In this document: positions 28,624 to 37,977 of the stretch, piece after piece
How positions within the stretch are numbered: the stretch's first letter is position 1
Layout: each line of letters starts with the position of its first letter
From: an uncultured virus (IMG/VR IMGVR_UViG_3300035208_000846)
Taxonomy: Duplodnaviria > Heunggongvirae > Uroviricota > Caudoviricetes
Length of the DNA: 64,000 bases
Direction: 5' to 3' (one strand)
Virus record (IMG/VR): IMGVR_UViG_3300035208_000846
The notes under the pieces: generated by a model
Database searches by the model: none
What the model was told of the DNA's origin: nothing
What the model saw: only the letters and a program-made list of their open reading frames with translations
Translations under genes and position numbers: made by a program

Positions 28624-30645
28624 TCACCTCTTTATTCTGCGTTTCGTTATTCGTCGTCGAACTGGCGATGCCTCTGCCGCCCTTATACTCGTTCCCCAGC
28701 CCGGCATTAGCGCCAGCGCCTCGCTCTCCGTTAGCGCCATAGCCTGCGCAGCCGTCAAGTACAACGCCCTTGGCGCATAGAGGCTTCTCCCAGTGATGTC
28801 CCGCCTGACGATTTTCGGTTGCGTTGTCACGCTTCGCCGAACCAGTTCGATCTCCTCGAACAGTTCTTCGGACGGACTGGCTGACGGCGAAGGTGACTCG
28901 GAAGGCGATTCGCTGACGCTGGCGGACGGCGACGGTGACGCACTCGGCGACTGCGACGGCGAGGCGCTTGGACTCTCGCTGGGACTGAAGCTGACGCTTT
29001 CACTCGGCGAGGCTGAAACGCTTTCACTGACGCTCTCGCTTGGCGAGGCTGAAACCGATTCGGAAGGCGTCCCGCTTACGGATTCGCTCGGCGACTCGCT
29101 GATGCTCTCGCTAACACTGGCCGAAGGCGATTCGCTCGGGGACGCCGAAATGCTCTCGGATGGTGAACCGGAGATCGACTCCGATGGTGAACCTGAAACC
29201 GACGGGCTTTCACTGACCGACTCGGACGGGCTGGCGCTAATGCTCTCACTCGGAGAGGCGCTGACGCTCTCGCTCGGAGATTCCGAAACGGATTCGGACG
29301 GGCTTTCGCTTGGGCTGGCGCTCGGACTTGGACTGGCTGAGATGGACTCCGACGGCGACTCCGAGACCGATTCGCTGGGGGACTCCGAGATGGACTCGCT
29401 GGGGGATTCGGACAGCGAGGCTGACACAGACTCACTTGGGCTCCCGCTTGCTGTTGACGGCGGGACTGATGCGGAACTGCTCGGAGATTCAGACGGCGAT
29501 TCAGACGGCGACGGCGAAGCACTCGGCGATTCTGACGGCGATTCCGAAACGGACTCGCTAATGCTCTCGCTCGGACTTTCGCTGACCGATTCGCTTGGTG
29601 TTCCGCTGATTGATTCGGACGGACTCTCACTAACTGACGCCGAAATACTCTCGCTCGGCGAACCGCTGATACTCGGACTAGCCGAAGGCGATTTCGACGG
29701 CGACTCTGAAATGGATTCACTGGGAGATGCCGAGACGGATTCGCTCGCGCTCTCGCTTGGTGAGGCGCTGATTGATTCCGACGGCGACTCGCTCGGACTA
29801 GGACTTGCCGATATGGATTCAGACGGCGACTCCGACACACTTTCGCTCGGAGTACCGCTGACTGATTCGCTTGGAGAACCAGACGGTGACGCGCTGGCGG
29901 AACTAACCGCCCAAGTAATTACGATGTCCTGGACAACCAGCCCACCGGGATCTGAACCAGACGGCGAACTGGAGGGCGACTCGCTCGGACTTTCGCTTAC
30001 GGATTCGCTCGGGGATTCCGAAACCGATTCTGATACAGATTCAGATGGCGACTCGGAAATGGATTCAGACGGTGAACTCGATATGGACAGGGAACTGCTC
30101 GGTGATTCGGAAGGAGATTCGGAGACGGATTCCGATGGGCTTTCACTGACCGACTCGCTCGGGGAACTCGACGGTGAAGGTGAACTGCTAGCCGATTCGG
30201 ATGGGGATTCAGATATGGATTCGCTCGGGGACTCGGATGCCGATCCGCTCGCCGATGTGGAAGGAGATGGCGAACTGCTCGGAGAAGCGCTCGCCGATGT
30301 TGCTCCGGAAACTGTGACTGTCTGCTCTGCCGTGTAATATGTGTCGCCCTTACCACGAATCTGATACGTCCCAGCTATTCCGCCGTAAACCGTCAGGGTT
30401 GAGGCGGTTTCTGATTGCGTGTCAACCAGCGGATTCGTGCCAGCATGGTACAGCCCTTCGGCGAATATGTCGATTCGTGTCCAAGTCGATGTCCCCTGAT
30501 CCCATTCCCATGTCAGCGTGTAGGGAGTAACATCACCGCTCCCGCCGAACGATGGCGTGATCGTCATATCGAACGATCCGCTCACTTCGATATTCGGGTC
30601 GCTCACCGGCGCGGTCAGTGTTACGCCGCTAAGATTCTTTGCCAT
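28624..30645 (-). CDS. serine-rich repeat (mucin-like) protein
   Basis: 673 aa; ~110-aa beta-rich N-domain, then about 490 aa of SESPSES(I/V)/SASPS repeats, basic C-terminus. Confidence 0.85.
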   Translation of the reverse strand: MAKNLSGVTLTAPVSDPNIEVSGSFDMTITPSFGGSGDVTPYTLTWEWDQGTSTWTRIDIFAEGLYHAGTNPLVDTQSETASTLTVYGGIAGTYQIRGKGDTYYTAEQTVTVSGATSASASPSSSPSPSTSASGSASESPSESISESPSESASSSPSPSSSPSESVSESPSESVSESPSESPSSSLSISSSPSESISESPSESVSESVSESPSESVSESPSESPSSSPSGSDPGGLVVQDIVITWAVSSASASPSGSPSESVSGTPSESVSESPSESISASPSPSESPSESISASPSESASESVSASPSESISESPSKSPSASPSISGSPSESISASVSESPSESISGTPSESVSESPSESISESVSESPSESPSASPSPSESPSESPSSSASVPPSTASGSPSESVSASLSESPSESISESPSESVSESPSESISASPSPSASPSESPSESVSESPSESVSASPSESISASPSESVSESPSVSGSPSESISGSPSESISASPSESPSASVSESISESPSESVSGTPSESVSASPSESVSESVSASPSESVSFSPSESPSASPSQSPSASPSPSASVSESPSESPSPSASPSEELFEEIELVRRSVTTQPKIVRRDITGRSLYAPRALYLTAAQAMALTESEALALMPGWGTSIRAAEASPVRRRITKRRIKR

Positions 30646-31564
30646 CCGTATGCCAATCAGGAACGGGTTTGAAATGGTCGATCAGCCAGGACAGCGGACG
30701 CATCTGTCCCGGCCAGCGGTCGTTCATCCAGAGACTCCGGGAATGTTGCCTCGCTTTGTCAATTTGCTTTTGGGAAATCGGGTATGGCCAGGTCGAACCG
30801 CCTTCCTCCCTGAAGTTGCTTGTGCGGAACATATGGGCGAACCACGTCTTTTTGCTCGTTATCAGCTTGCCGCCGGACAACCATGACTTGCAGGCCCACT
30901 CCGTCCCGAACTGGCCCCACGAGCCATGCGCCTCATCCATGCCGCCAAGTTCCCAGAACCGCTCCCGCTCCAGAAACATGCAGGCTCCAATGAAGCTCAT
31001 GGTCTCGATCAGGTCGCCTTGGCATTCCGGCCGGTGTGCATGTTCCCGCCAGTACTGAAAGTGCAAGTCTTTGTCGAATCGCCAGGAAACGGTCAGCGGT
31101 TTCGGCCGCGGCTTCCAGATGATGTCCATCCGATGCTCAGCCGCCTTGCACTTCTCACACTGCTTTGGCTTGGCACCTTGGTATGTTCGAGCACCGCAGG
31201 ATTCACAGATCCAATCAAAGGCGTGGAGGTTGTACTGCGCCGGCACCATCGTCCAATCCGGCTGGCAGTCCTCCATTAGCTTAACGTCGAAGCCTTCGTC
31301 CACGGCGCAGTGGGCGTCGATCTTCATGATGTACTTGGCCTGGGACAGCAACGCTCCTGCGTTCGTTGCCGCACGCTGGCCGACCGCTTCGGTGAAGTGG
31401 ATGATGTTGACTCGCGGGTCGTCCTTGATCGGAGGGTTCGGCCATGCGCCATCGCAAACGGCAATTATTTCTGTGTCGGCGCGCATATTCTCCAGGACGT
31501 TTTCAACGGTCTTCGCCATGAAAACCTCGTTCCTTCCCGGAATTATCACACTCAGCGATCTCAC
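30629..31564 (-). CDS. polypeptide GalNAc-transferase-like (GT27/GT2) glycosyltransferase
   Basis: SVIIPGRNE, IDAHC (DxH), FWELGGMDE..GSWG..GTEWACKSWLSGG...FAHMFR. Confidence 0.75.
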   Translation of the reverse strand: MRSLSVIIPGRNEVFMAKTVENVLENMRADTEIIAVCDGAWPNPPIKDDPRVNIIHFTEAVGQRAATNAGALLSQAKYIMKIDAHCAVDEGFDVKLMEDCQPDWTMVPAQYNLHAFDWICESCGARTYQGAKPKQCEKCKAAEHRMDIIWKPRPKPLTVSWRFDKDLHFQYWREHAHRPECQGDLIETMSFIGACMFLERERFWELGGMDEAHGSWGQFGTEWACKSWLSGGKLITSKKTWFAHMFRTSNFREEGGSTWPYPISQKQIDKARQHSRSLWMNDRWPGQMRPLSWLIDHFKPVPDWHTDGKES

Positions 31565-32283
31565 GTCTGCTGCTGCATCCGATACCAGTAATTGCGTTTC
31601 GTTTTGCGACTCAGGCTGTGAAACAGGCCGAACGGGTTCGCGTCCACGTCGCCGCAGAACTTGCCGTTCGGGAACAGATAAATCGTCGGCCGATACGTAT
31701 CGACCATCCGGCCCTCACTCTGCCTGATCCATCTGGACCAAACTCCCTTGAACATTCGATCTTCGCCTTGGGGGTAAGGACGCTCGACTATATCCTCGCG
31801 GTAGCCGCCAAGTTCCCAGAACACGTCCCTCCGCATGGCGAAGTTGTTCGGCAGCGGCTTGACGTGAACCGTGTCGTACTCAAGGCCGTATCGTTTCAGG
31901 ACCGCCATGTCTTGCGTGAACCGGCCGTGCTTGTCCAAGACGCCGAATTCCCGTTTGAACTGCATTTTCTGGACCTTGCAATTCCGTACCGACTCGATCA
32001 GGTCTGCCGAAATGATGTGGTCGATGTCGGTCATCAGGAGGTATTCGCCGGTCGCCATCCGAGCCCCGGCGTTACGTGCCAGCGCCCACGTCCACGGTCG
32101 CTTGTCGCCCGTGCGGTGCAATCTCATCCACGGCCTCGGTTCCAACGGAGGATCGCTGCCGTCATCAACCAGGATGAACTCCACGTCGTTCATCGTCGGC
32201 AATCCAATCCGCTCAAAGTGCAACGCCTGCCGCCGCACTACTTCATGGCTGTTGAGAACCGGAATTACGATCGAAATCTTCAA
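31561..32283 (-). CDS. GT2-like glycosyltransferase
   Basis: ISIVIPVLN, LVDDGS, ARNAGA, TDIDH, LGGYRE. Confidence 0.82.
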   Translation of the reverse strand: MKISIVIPVLNSHEVVRRQALHFERIGLPTMNDVEFILVDDGSDPPLEPRPWMRLHRTGDKRPWTWALARNAGARMATGEYLLMTDIDHIISADLIESVRNCKVQKMQFKREFGVLDKHGRFTQDMAVLKRYGLEYDTVHVKPLPNNFAMRRDVFWELGGYREDIVERPYPQGEDRMFKGVWSRWIRQSEGRMVDTYRPTIYLFPNGKFCGDVDANPFGLFHSLSRKTKRNYWYRMQQQT

Positions 32284-32897
32284 GGCTTGACCCAAAACGC
32301 CGTTGCGAGCAATTCCCTGGCGACATACCAGGGGTCGATGTGATGGCAATGCGTATAAGCGTCAACCGCCTTCATTACGCCCCCACGCCGCATCGGAATG
32401 TAATCGTGAACTGCCACCATCCCGCCACTTCGGACCTTCCGCGACCAGCAGATGATGTCCATCACCGCATGGTCGAACGTATGGTCCCCGTCAATGAACA
32501 CGAAATCCAGTCCGCCGTCCGCGAAGTCAACCACCGCCTCTTCGCTCGTCGTCCGCATGATCGTGCAACGGTCTTCGTCGATGAATGGCTTTAATCGTCG
32601 GAGCGTGATGGCGTGATTGTTCTTCTGGGACTCCACCGTCCGATGGCTGAACTCATAGGTTGACCACGGATCAATGCAGAACAGGTGGCAGTTGGGGATT
32701 CGCGTCAGCAATTCCGCCGAATACTCGCCCCGCATGACGCCGATCTCTGCGCCGCGTCTGTATCCCAGATCGTTCCAGCAATCCGCCAGATTCAGCCGCG
32801 TACCCTTGCGCGAGGCAATCGGCAGGCAGTCATCCTGAACGCGGGTTCCGAAATGCCGGCGAATGGTTCTATGGATGTTGCGTGTATCGTTTGACAA
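32280..32897 (-). CDS. class I SAM-dependent methyltransferase (Methyltransf_24-like)
   Basis: GAEIGVMRG, DFVFIDGDH, GGMVAVHDY. Confidence 0.85.
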   Translation of the reverse strand: MSNDTRNIHRTIRRHFGTRVQDDCLPIASRKGTRLNLADCWNDLGYRRGAEIGVMRGEYSAELLTRIPNCHLFCIDPWSTYEFSHRTVESQKNNHAITLRRLKPFIDEDRCTIMRTTSEEAVVDFADGGLDFVFIDGDHTFDHAVMDIICWSRKVRSGGMVAVHDYIPMRRGGVMKAVDAYTHCHHIDPWYVARELLATAFWVKP

Positions 32898-33564
32898 GCT
32901 CGCTGCTCTTTCCCCAATGCGGAATGTCGAACGCCTTCAACTGGCCGTGCGACTTCCATTTTGTCTTCTGGCGAATATCCGATCCGCTCGGATGGTTAAG
33001 TTGCACAACCGGCGTTGTTGACCACCATTCAACTTTGTTTCTCGGCGAGACTCCGAGTTTCGCGTCGATGTCAGGACGGCCTACCTCTCCCACGATGTTG
33101 TCTCCCGGATCGGTCTTCCACTTGCCCAACCGCTCCTTCAAGGCGTCCAGCAGGTAGAGCCTTGGCGCTACCAGCGTGCAGTTGGAGATTCGATTGCGGA
33201 GGCAATAGAATCGGGCGTCCCACGAGAACAGCGACCAGCGGGAGCGGTTGTAGGCTACCTCGTCATCCTTTGGCCGGTACTCACGGAAATGCTCGTTCGA
33301 GTAGAGCACGTCGTCTTCGGCCTGTGCGACGTATGGCGTCTTCGCGTGCGAGGCGGCCAGGTACATCTGACGGTAGATGTTCCAGTAGCACATCGGTTCC
33401 GTATCGCGGTAATTCTCTCCCAGGTCCAGCGGCTTGCGTGTCATGGAAATAATCGGTGTATCGCCAACCGCGTCCAGAAGGGTGGCAATCTGGAACTGCA
33501 TCCAGTGCTCAGGCAGTTGGCTGGCACTGATGTACAGAATCGTGATGTCTTCCAGACCTTTCAT
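32869..33564 (-). CDS. GT-A-like protein
   Basis: TPYVAQAEDDVLY motif; island context. Confidence 0.55.
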   Translation of the reverse strand: MKGLEDITILYISASQLPEHWMQFQIATLLDAVGDTPIISMTRKPLDLGENYRDTEPMCYWNIYRQMYLAASHAKTPYVAQAEDDVLYSNEHFREYRPKDDEVAYNRSRWSLFSWDARFYCLRNRISNCTLVAPRLYLLDALKERLGKWKTDPGDNIVGEVGRPDIDAKLGVSPRNKVEWWSTTPVVQLNHPSGSDIRQKTKWKSHGQLKAFDIPHWGKSSELVKRYTQHP

Positions 33565-35012
33565 TCCTGGGTATTCTCTACCTTGACTTGAACGTAACCC
33601 AAGGATTCGAACTGCCCGAGATAATTACTCCATTCGGCCGATTCCACGCCTGCGCATGTCGCCGCATGACGATAAAAAACCGTCGCCCCACTATTAACGC
33701 TGTACTTTCCGTCCTGAATTGTGACTGCCATTTCGCCAGTGTGGATGATGTCGAGCAGCGTCATTGACTCGCCATATGCTAGGAGCATATATTCCGCATC
33801 CCCCTCGCCGATGATATCTCCTGTCCCCTCCCAGTTCGTGGCGAACGTGAATGTATTGTCTTCCTCAACGCCTGTTGCGTGTCCCCAGCAACTTGTGCCA
33901 TCGATGGATGCGCAGGCAGAGGACGAGGGAGACTCCGAGGCAGATTCGCTCGGTGATTCAGAAATCGACTCAGATGGCGATTCGCTCGGACTCGGACTAG
34001 CCGATGCCGATTCGCTGGGCGATTCACTGACACTTTCGCTCGGTGATTCGCTAGGCGATTCGGATATGCTCTCGCTAGGTGATTCAGAAATAGACTCTGA
34101 TGGTGAACCCGAAGCGGATTCGCTCGGTGAGGCGGAAATCGACTCGCTGGGGCTCCCAGAAATGCTCTCACTTGGCGACTCCGAGATTGACTCGCTCGGC
34201 GATGGCGATGTGCTTGGGCTTTCGGAGATTGATTCCGAAGGAGACGCGCTCGCCGTTCCCCCCGCCACAGCCGCAGGCCACACCGTGCGCCTTGGCGGCA
34301 GGATCAGGCCGGAGAGCATTACGTTGCTCGGGTCGGCGAGTTGCTGGATTTCGGCGGGGGAGAGGGTGCGATTATGCACCAGTATATCCGCGTACTCAGC
34401 CCCCCTGTACTTCGCACCGGTTGCAAGTGAAATTACTCCATTGACTGCTCCGGCCTTAGTTTGCGTGTCAGCATCCTCGATGCCATTTAAGTACAGCCGG
34501 CACACACCACTCGCATCGGAGACTCCGCACAGATGCCGCCACGTGCCAGCCGTTATCGCCGTGCCACCAATCAGCTCTACGACGGACCACGATACCTGTT
34601 TTTGAAAACGCGCGTATGTTGTAGGACCGCTTTTTAACCCTAGAACTGAATAGGTCGCGGTTGCTGGCGTGGTGAGTACCGATTGCGAATCATAGCTTGC
34701 TGCTCTGGTCAAAAACCAGCCTGATATTGAAAACTCAGCCCCTAATGTGGAAATATTGAGGCTAGTTGCTACACTAGTATCCCCTGCACCCCCGGCCTTG
34801 AGAGCCATTCTGGCTAGAATCGGACTGAAATACCACATCTCAGTCGGCGTTTGCCCAGCGACAGTATAGCCGGTCAGCGTGCCGTGGGTCCCATGGACGC
34901 TGGCATCCGCATATTGCAGCGTGGACGCACCGCCACCGAGGCCGGCGAAGACGAGACCTTTCGCCAGTTGAGCGTTGCGGTTCAGACGTGGCCACCAGGT
35001 GCGCTGGATCAT
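33561..35012 (-). CDS. LamG/concanavalin-like domain protein with a Ser-rich repeat linker
   Basis: FSISGW, WRHLCGV...LYLNG, HNRTLSPAEIQQL, followed by ~110 aa of SESPS repeats. Confidence 0.8.
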   Translation of the reverse strand: MIQRTWWPRLNRNAQLAKGLVFAGLGGGASTLQYADASVHGTHGTLTGYTVAGQTPTEMWYFSPILARMALKAGGAGDTSVATSLNISTLGAEFSISGWFLTRAASYDSQSVLTTPATATYSVLGLKSGPTTYARFQKQVSWSVVELIGGTAITAGTWRHLCGVSDASGVCRLYLNGIEDADTQTKAGAVNGVISLATGAKYRGAEYADILVHNRTLSPAEIQQLADPSNVMLSGLILPPRRTVWPAAVAGGTASASPSESISESPSTSPSPSESISESPSESISGSPSESISASPSESASGSPSESISESPSESISESPSESPSESVSESPSESASASPSPSESPSESISESPSESASESPSSSACASIDGTSCWGHATGVEEDNTFTFATNWEGTGDIIGEGDAEYMLLAYGESMTLLDIIHTGEMAVTIQDGKYSVNSGATVFYRHAATCAGVESAEWSNYLGQFESLGYVQVKVENTQE

Positions 35013-35482
35013 TGCGACTCGTAACTGTAGCGGAAGATGTTCAACGTGCTGCCGTCAGTGTTCGGAATCGCCTGGCCGCACTTGTTGACGATCACGCAGC
35101 GAAAGTCATGTGGACCGATCGGCACGCCGCATAACTGCACGTACTGGTCCTCGTCCGCGGCTCGGATCGGAAACTGTCCGGCGAACTGGCTCGCATTCAG
35201 GTGCGCCGCCAAGACGTTTGCCACGTCGCCATCTTCTCCGTCACCATACGCCGTATTGAATTCGTAGATGATGTAGAGCGCGAAGTATCCGCCTGCCGTT
35301 GGCGCTGCGGCAAAGTCATGAACGTACAGCAGGAAGTCGGCATGGGTGTAGAGTCCCGTTCCGTTTGCCACGTCGGCGGTAGCCAGCGCCACCCCGTCAT
35401 TGGCGAGGTTTTTCAGCGGTCCCGCTGCAGCCATTACTTCTTCGGCTGATGGCCGGTCGTTCCAGAGCAGAGTAGATGCCAT
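35009..35482 (-). CDS. hypothetical virion-like protein
   Basis: 157 aa beta-rich, coupled to the LamG gene. Confidence 0.6.
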   Translation of the reverse strand: MASTLLWNDRPSAEEVMAAAGPLKNLANDGVALATADVANGTGLYTHADFLLYVHDFAAAPTAGGYFALYIIYEFNTAYGDGEDGDVANVLAAHLNASQFAGQFPIRAADEDQYVQLCGVPIGPHDFRCVIVNKCGQAIPNTDGSTLNIFRYSYESQ

Positions 35483-35484
35483 AT

Positions 35485-35790
35485 TTAACTCCCGGTCGCA
35501 AATAGGTTGACCGTGTTGTTGACGAGTGTTTGCAGCGTCTCATCGGTTGCCCCCGTGATATCCTGAACAGTCGCCGCACGATTAGCCGCCAGCAACGCCA
35601 TGAGCATCTTTTCGGCCCAAGGGCGCGATTGACTGAATACTGACGCTGCCCAAAGAACGCGGTTAGCGTGATTCACAGTGGCGGCATCCTCGGTCTGGAT
35701 TGTCTCTGCGGCCACGATGCAGGCCACCTCAATCCTGTTCAGCAGATCGCCATTGCCAAAAAGTTGCCGCAATTCGATGTATGTCGCCAT
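35485..35790 (-). CDS. hypothetical protein
   Basis: 101 aa helical, RBS present. Confidence 0.6.
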   Translation of the reverse strand: MATYIELRQLFGNGDLLNRIEVACIVAAETIQTEDAATVNHANRVLWAASVFSQSRPWAEKMLMALLAANRAATVQDITGATDETLQTLVNNTVNLFATGS

Positions 35791-35792
35791 GC

Positions 35793-36341
35793 CTATCCTT
35801 TCACAAGTCTTGAATATGTGTTCGGTCCACCCACCATCAGCACACTCGGAGCGTCAATGAGCCCTCGCGTGCTGCCTCGTCTCGCCGCTTCGCGGAACCC
35901 GAGCCGCTTGGCATAGTACGCTGCGTGCCGCGGATGCACCTCGCACAAGCAGACTGGCTCGCCAACCGCCACACACTCCCGCGCCGCTTCCATCATCAAC
36001 CCATGCGACACGCGATGGTGCCGCAGGCACGCTGGATCGACTACGATCCGCCAGCAGCAGCCGAGCGGCAGGCCAACCGTGCGTAGGATGTCGGTCTCGC
36101 GTGCGTAACTCACGTCGGTCGGCAGGCCAAACTCGCCGTCGAGCGTGTACGTCAGCGTGCCGACCAGCCGGCCGTCGAGCGTTGCCACGAGTTGCGTTGA
36201 AACGTCTTCCCATGCGCGATAGTGCCGAAATATTCCATCGGGTTGTGGTGTGATGTAGCCTTTGGCAAGGTATGCGTCGTGCGTCAGCCGCCAGATGTCG
36301 GGGAGTTCAGCAGGTGACGCACGACGGACTACAACATCCAT
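35793..36341 (-). CDS. GNAT-fold acyltransferase, N-acyl amino acid synthase (FeeM)-like
   Basis: RLTHDAYLAKGY, VGTLT..LDGEFGLP.D, VHPRHAAYY..RLGF. Confidence 0.7.
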   Translation of the reverse strand: MDVVVRRASPAELPDIWRLTHDAYLAKGYITPQPDGIFRHYRAWEDVSTQLVATLDGRLVGTLTYTLDGEFGLPTDVSYARETDILRTVGLPLGCCWRIVVDPACLRHHRVSHGLMMEAARECVAVGEPVCLCEVHPRHAAYYAKRLGFREAARRGSTRGLIDAPSVLMVGGPNTYSRLVKG

Positions 36342-36342
36342 C

Positions 36343-36639
36343 TCAGCCAGCCTGCAATTGCTTCTGGACGGCTTCCATGACGCCGAGCAGCGCCTTGCCG
36401 CAGGCGTCCACGTAAACGGCCACGTCGGCCACGTTCGTCGGGTCGATCTCCATGTTGTCGAGCAACTTTTCGGCGTCCACGCCGGCCTCCATAATCGCCG
36501 TCGCCATCTCCTCCGTTTCGCAGTGGTAGTCGATGGTGCATTTCATGCTGCCGAATCCAGCTGCCTTGGCTCGCACCGTGAAGCACACGGCGCGTTTCCC
36601 CTCGCGGTTGACTCGCGCGTCGATCTTGTCTTTTGCCAT
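36343..36639 (-). CDS. hypothetical protein
   Basis: 98 aa, AAGGA RBS. Confidence 0.55.
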   Translation of the reverse strand: MAKDKIDARVNREGKRAVCFTVRAKAAGFGSMKCTIDYHCETEEMATAIMEAGVDAEKLLDNMEIDPTNVADVAVYVDACGKALLGVMEAVQKQLQAG

Positions 36640-36654
36640 TGGTTTTCCTTTCGG

Positions 36655-37044
36655 TTATGGGTTTTGCCTCAATTTGGCCAAGTCGGCCTTCCATTTTTCA
36701 AACTGATCCCGCGTTACGGCGTAACATGGCCGCGACTCCAACGTCTTGAGAGCATCGTCAACTATCTCGGTATCACGCTTCAGAGCCTCCGTTACGAGTT
36801 CAGTCAAGGCGGCGAGCTTCGAGTTCTGCGAAACGGCCTGGCGTTCAAGCTGGTCGATCCGCTTCCCCATCCGCTGCTCACGCTGCCAGGACGTGTAAAC
36901 GAAAAACACCACCAGCACGACAGCCAGCCCCAATCGCTCAATTGCACCCATCCAGTCTACTTCCGCGCTAACCGCAGTTTGAGCGAGCATCAAGGCCCCG
37001 ACCGCGAACATGGCCTGAAAAAGGTGTCCGACTGGTGATGTCAT
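36655..37044 (-). CDS. putative holin-like membrane protein
   Basis: Two hydrophobic segments followed by a coiled coil; start uncertain. Confidence 0.45.
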   Translation of the reverse strand: MTSPVGHLFQAMFAVGALMLAQTAVSAEVDWMGAIERLGLAVVLVVFFVYTSWQREQRMGKRIDQLERQAVSQNSKLAALTELVTEALKRDTEIVDDALKTLESRPCYAVTRDQFEKWKADLAKLRQNP

Positions 37045-37178
37045 CGTACCATTCCGTTTTCGTTCCATCTTCGACCCCCATAGGCCAACAGCCGATGGCG
37101 GCACTGGTGCAAGCATCATTGCTAACATGACAACCTCCGCCTCTCGTTCTGTCTGGTGCGGAGTTGCCCTTCTGGCCC

Positions 37179-37373
37179 TTACTTCCATCTCCAACGGCGG
37201 ACTGGCTTCGCCGTCGGCACCGTCCAACATCGCCCGTTTTCGCAGCGAGTCTCCTGCCTATACTCGATCCGTTGTTCGATTCGCTCCTTCACAAATTTCG
37301 GGATAGGCGGCACCGGGAACTTCGGTGTCGGTGGCGTCGCAAACAGAACCGCTGCCAAAATCATCGCGTGCAT
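37179..37373 (-). CDS. small secreted-type protein
   Basis: Hydrophobic N-terminus, CENGRC, basic tail; AAGGAG RBS. Confidence 0.5.
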   Translation of the reverse strand: MHAMILAAVLFATPPTPKFPVPPIPKFVKERIEQRIEYRQETRCENGRCWTVPTAKPVRRWRWK

Positions 37374-37415
37374 TATGTCTCCTTGCGATTTGCAGGATTT
37401 CGTTTTCGGTAAAGG

Positions 37416-37649
37416 CTACTCAGGTTGATTGCTATCGGGAAGTTCATCGACCAGTTTCATGATTGCCTTGCTGCCGAACTGCCACCCCATCACGATCGAC
37501 TCGGCAAATTCCTGCCGCGCGATGTTGCAGTATGGTTCGTCAAACAGGATGCCGAATTCCGGCTTCTCGCCGCAGTTATGGCCAACCCAGAAGACGATTT
37601 CATTCTCGCGCTTGACGACGCTCTGAATGATGTATGGCTTCTCTTTCAT
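37416..37649 (-). CDS. hypothetical protein
   Basis: ATG overlaps the upstream TGA. Confidence 0.5.
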   Translation of the reverse strand: MKEKPYIIQSVVKRENEIVFWVGHNCGEKPEFGILFDEPYCNIARQEFAESIVMGWQFGSKAIMKLVDELPDSNQPE

Positions 37650-37966
37650 CTCATTGCCTCCTGTTTGGCGGCCTTCTCCATCGAGATGTATCCATCGAGT
37701 AGAGCCTGTTGTCGCCTGAATGCGGATATGACAGCATCGACGCTCATACCGGGGCCGATGCCGCACTCATTGCAAATATGGATCAGCCAGTACCGATCCG
37801 CCTCGTTGCGTTCCTCAAGCATCGCATCGAGTACCGCAACCCTGCCTCGTAGCTGCCCGATCTTCTCAGCGGCCTCGCGGTTCAGCACGCTGACACGCGA
37901 TACTCCAAGCCGCTTATCCAGCTTTTCTGCCTGCCATCGCAGTCTTGCAACGATGTCTCTGCTCAC
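37646..37966 (-). CDS. hypothetical protein
   Basis: 106 aa, GAGG RBS. Confidence 0.5.
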   Translation of the reverse strand: MSRDIVARLRWQAEKLDKRLGVSRVSVLNREAAEKIGQLRGRVAVLDAMLEERNEADRYWLIHICNECGIGPGMSVDAVISAFRRQQALLDGYISMEKAAKQEAMR

Positions 37967-37977
37967 TTCAACGCCTC

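Noticed and set aside
28850..30310. Possible CRISPR array or DNA tandem repeat
   Set aside because: Repeats are degenerate at synonymous positions and have no unique spacers; this is a protein-level repeat.
28793..30337. 514-aa plus-strand ORF (also 33721-34605)
   Set aside because: Antisense shadow of the Ser-rich repeats (DSLG/DSDG); no RBS or domain.
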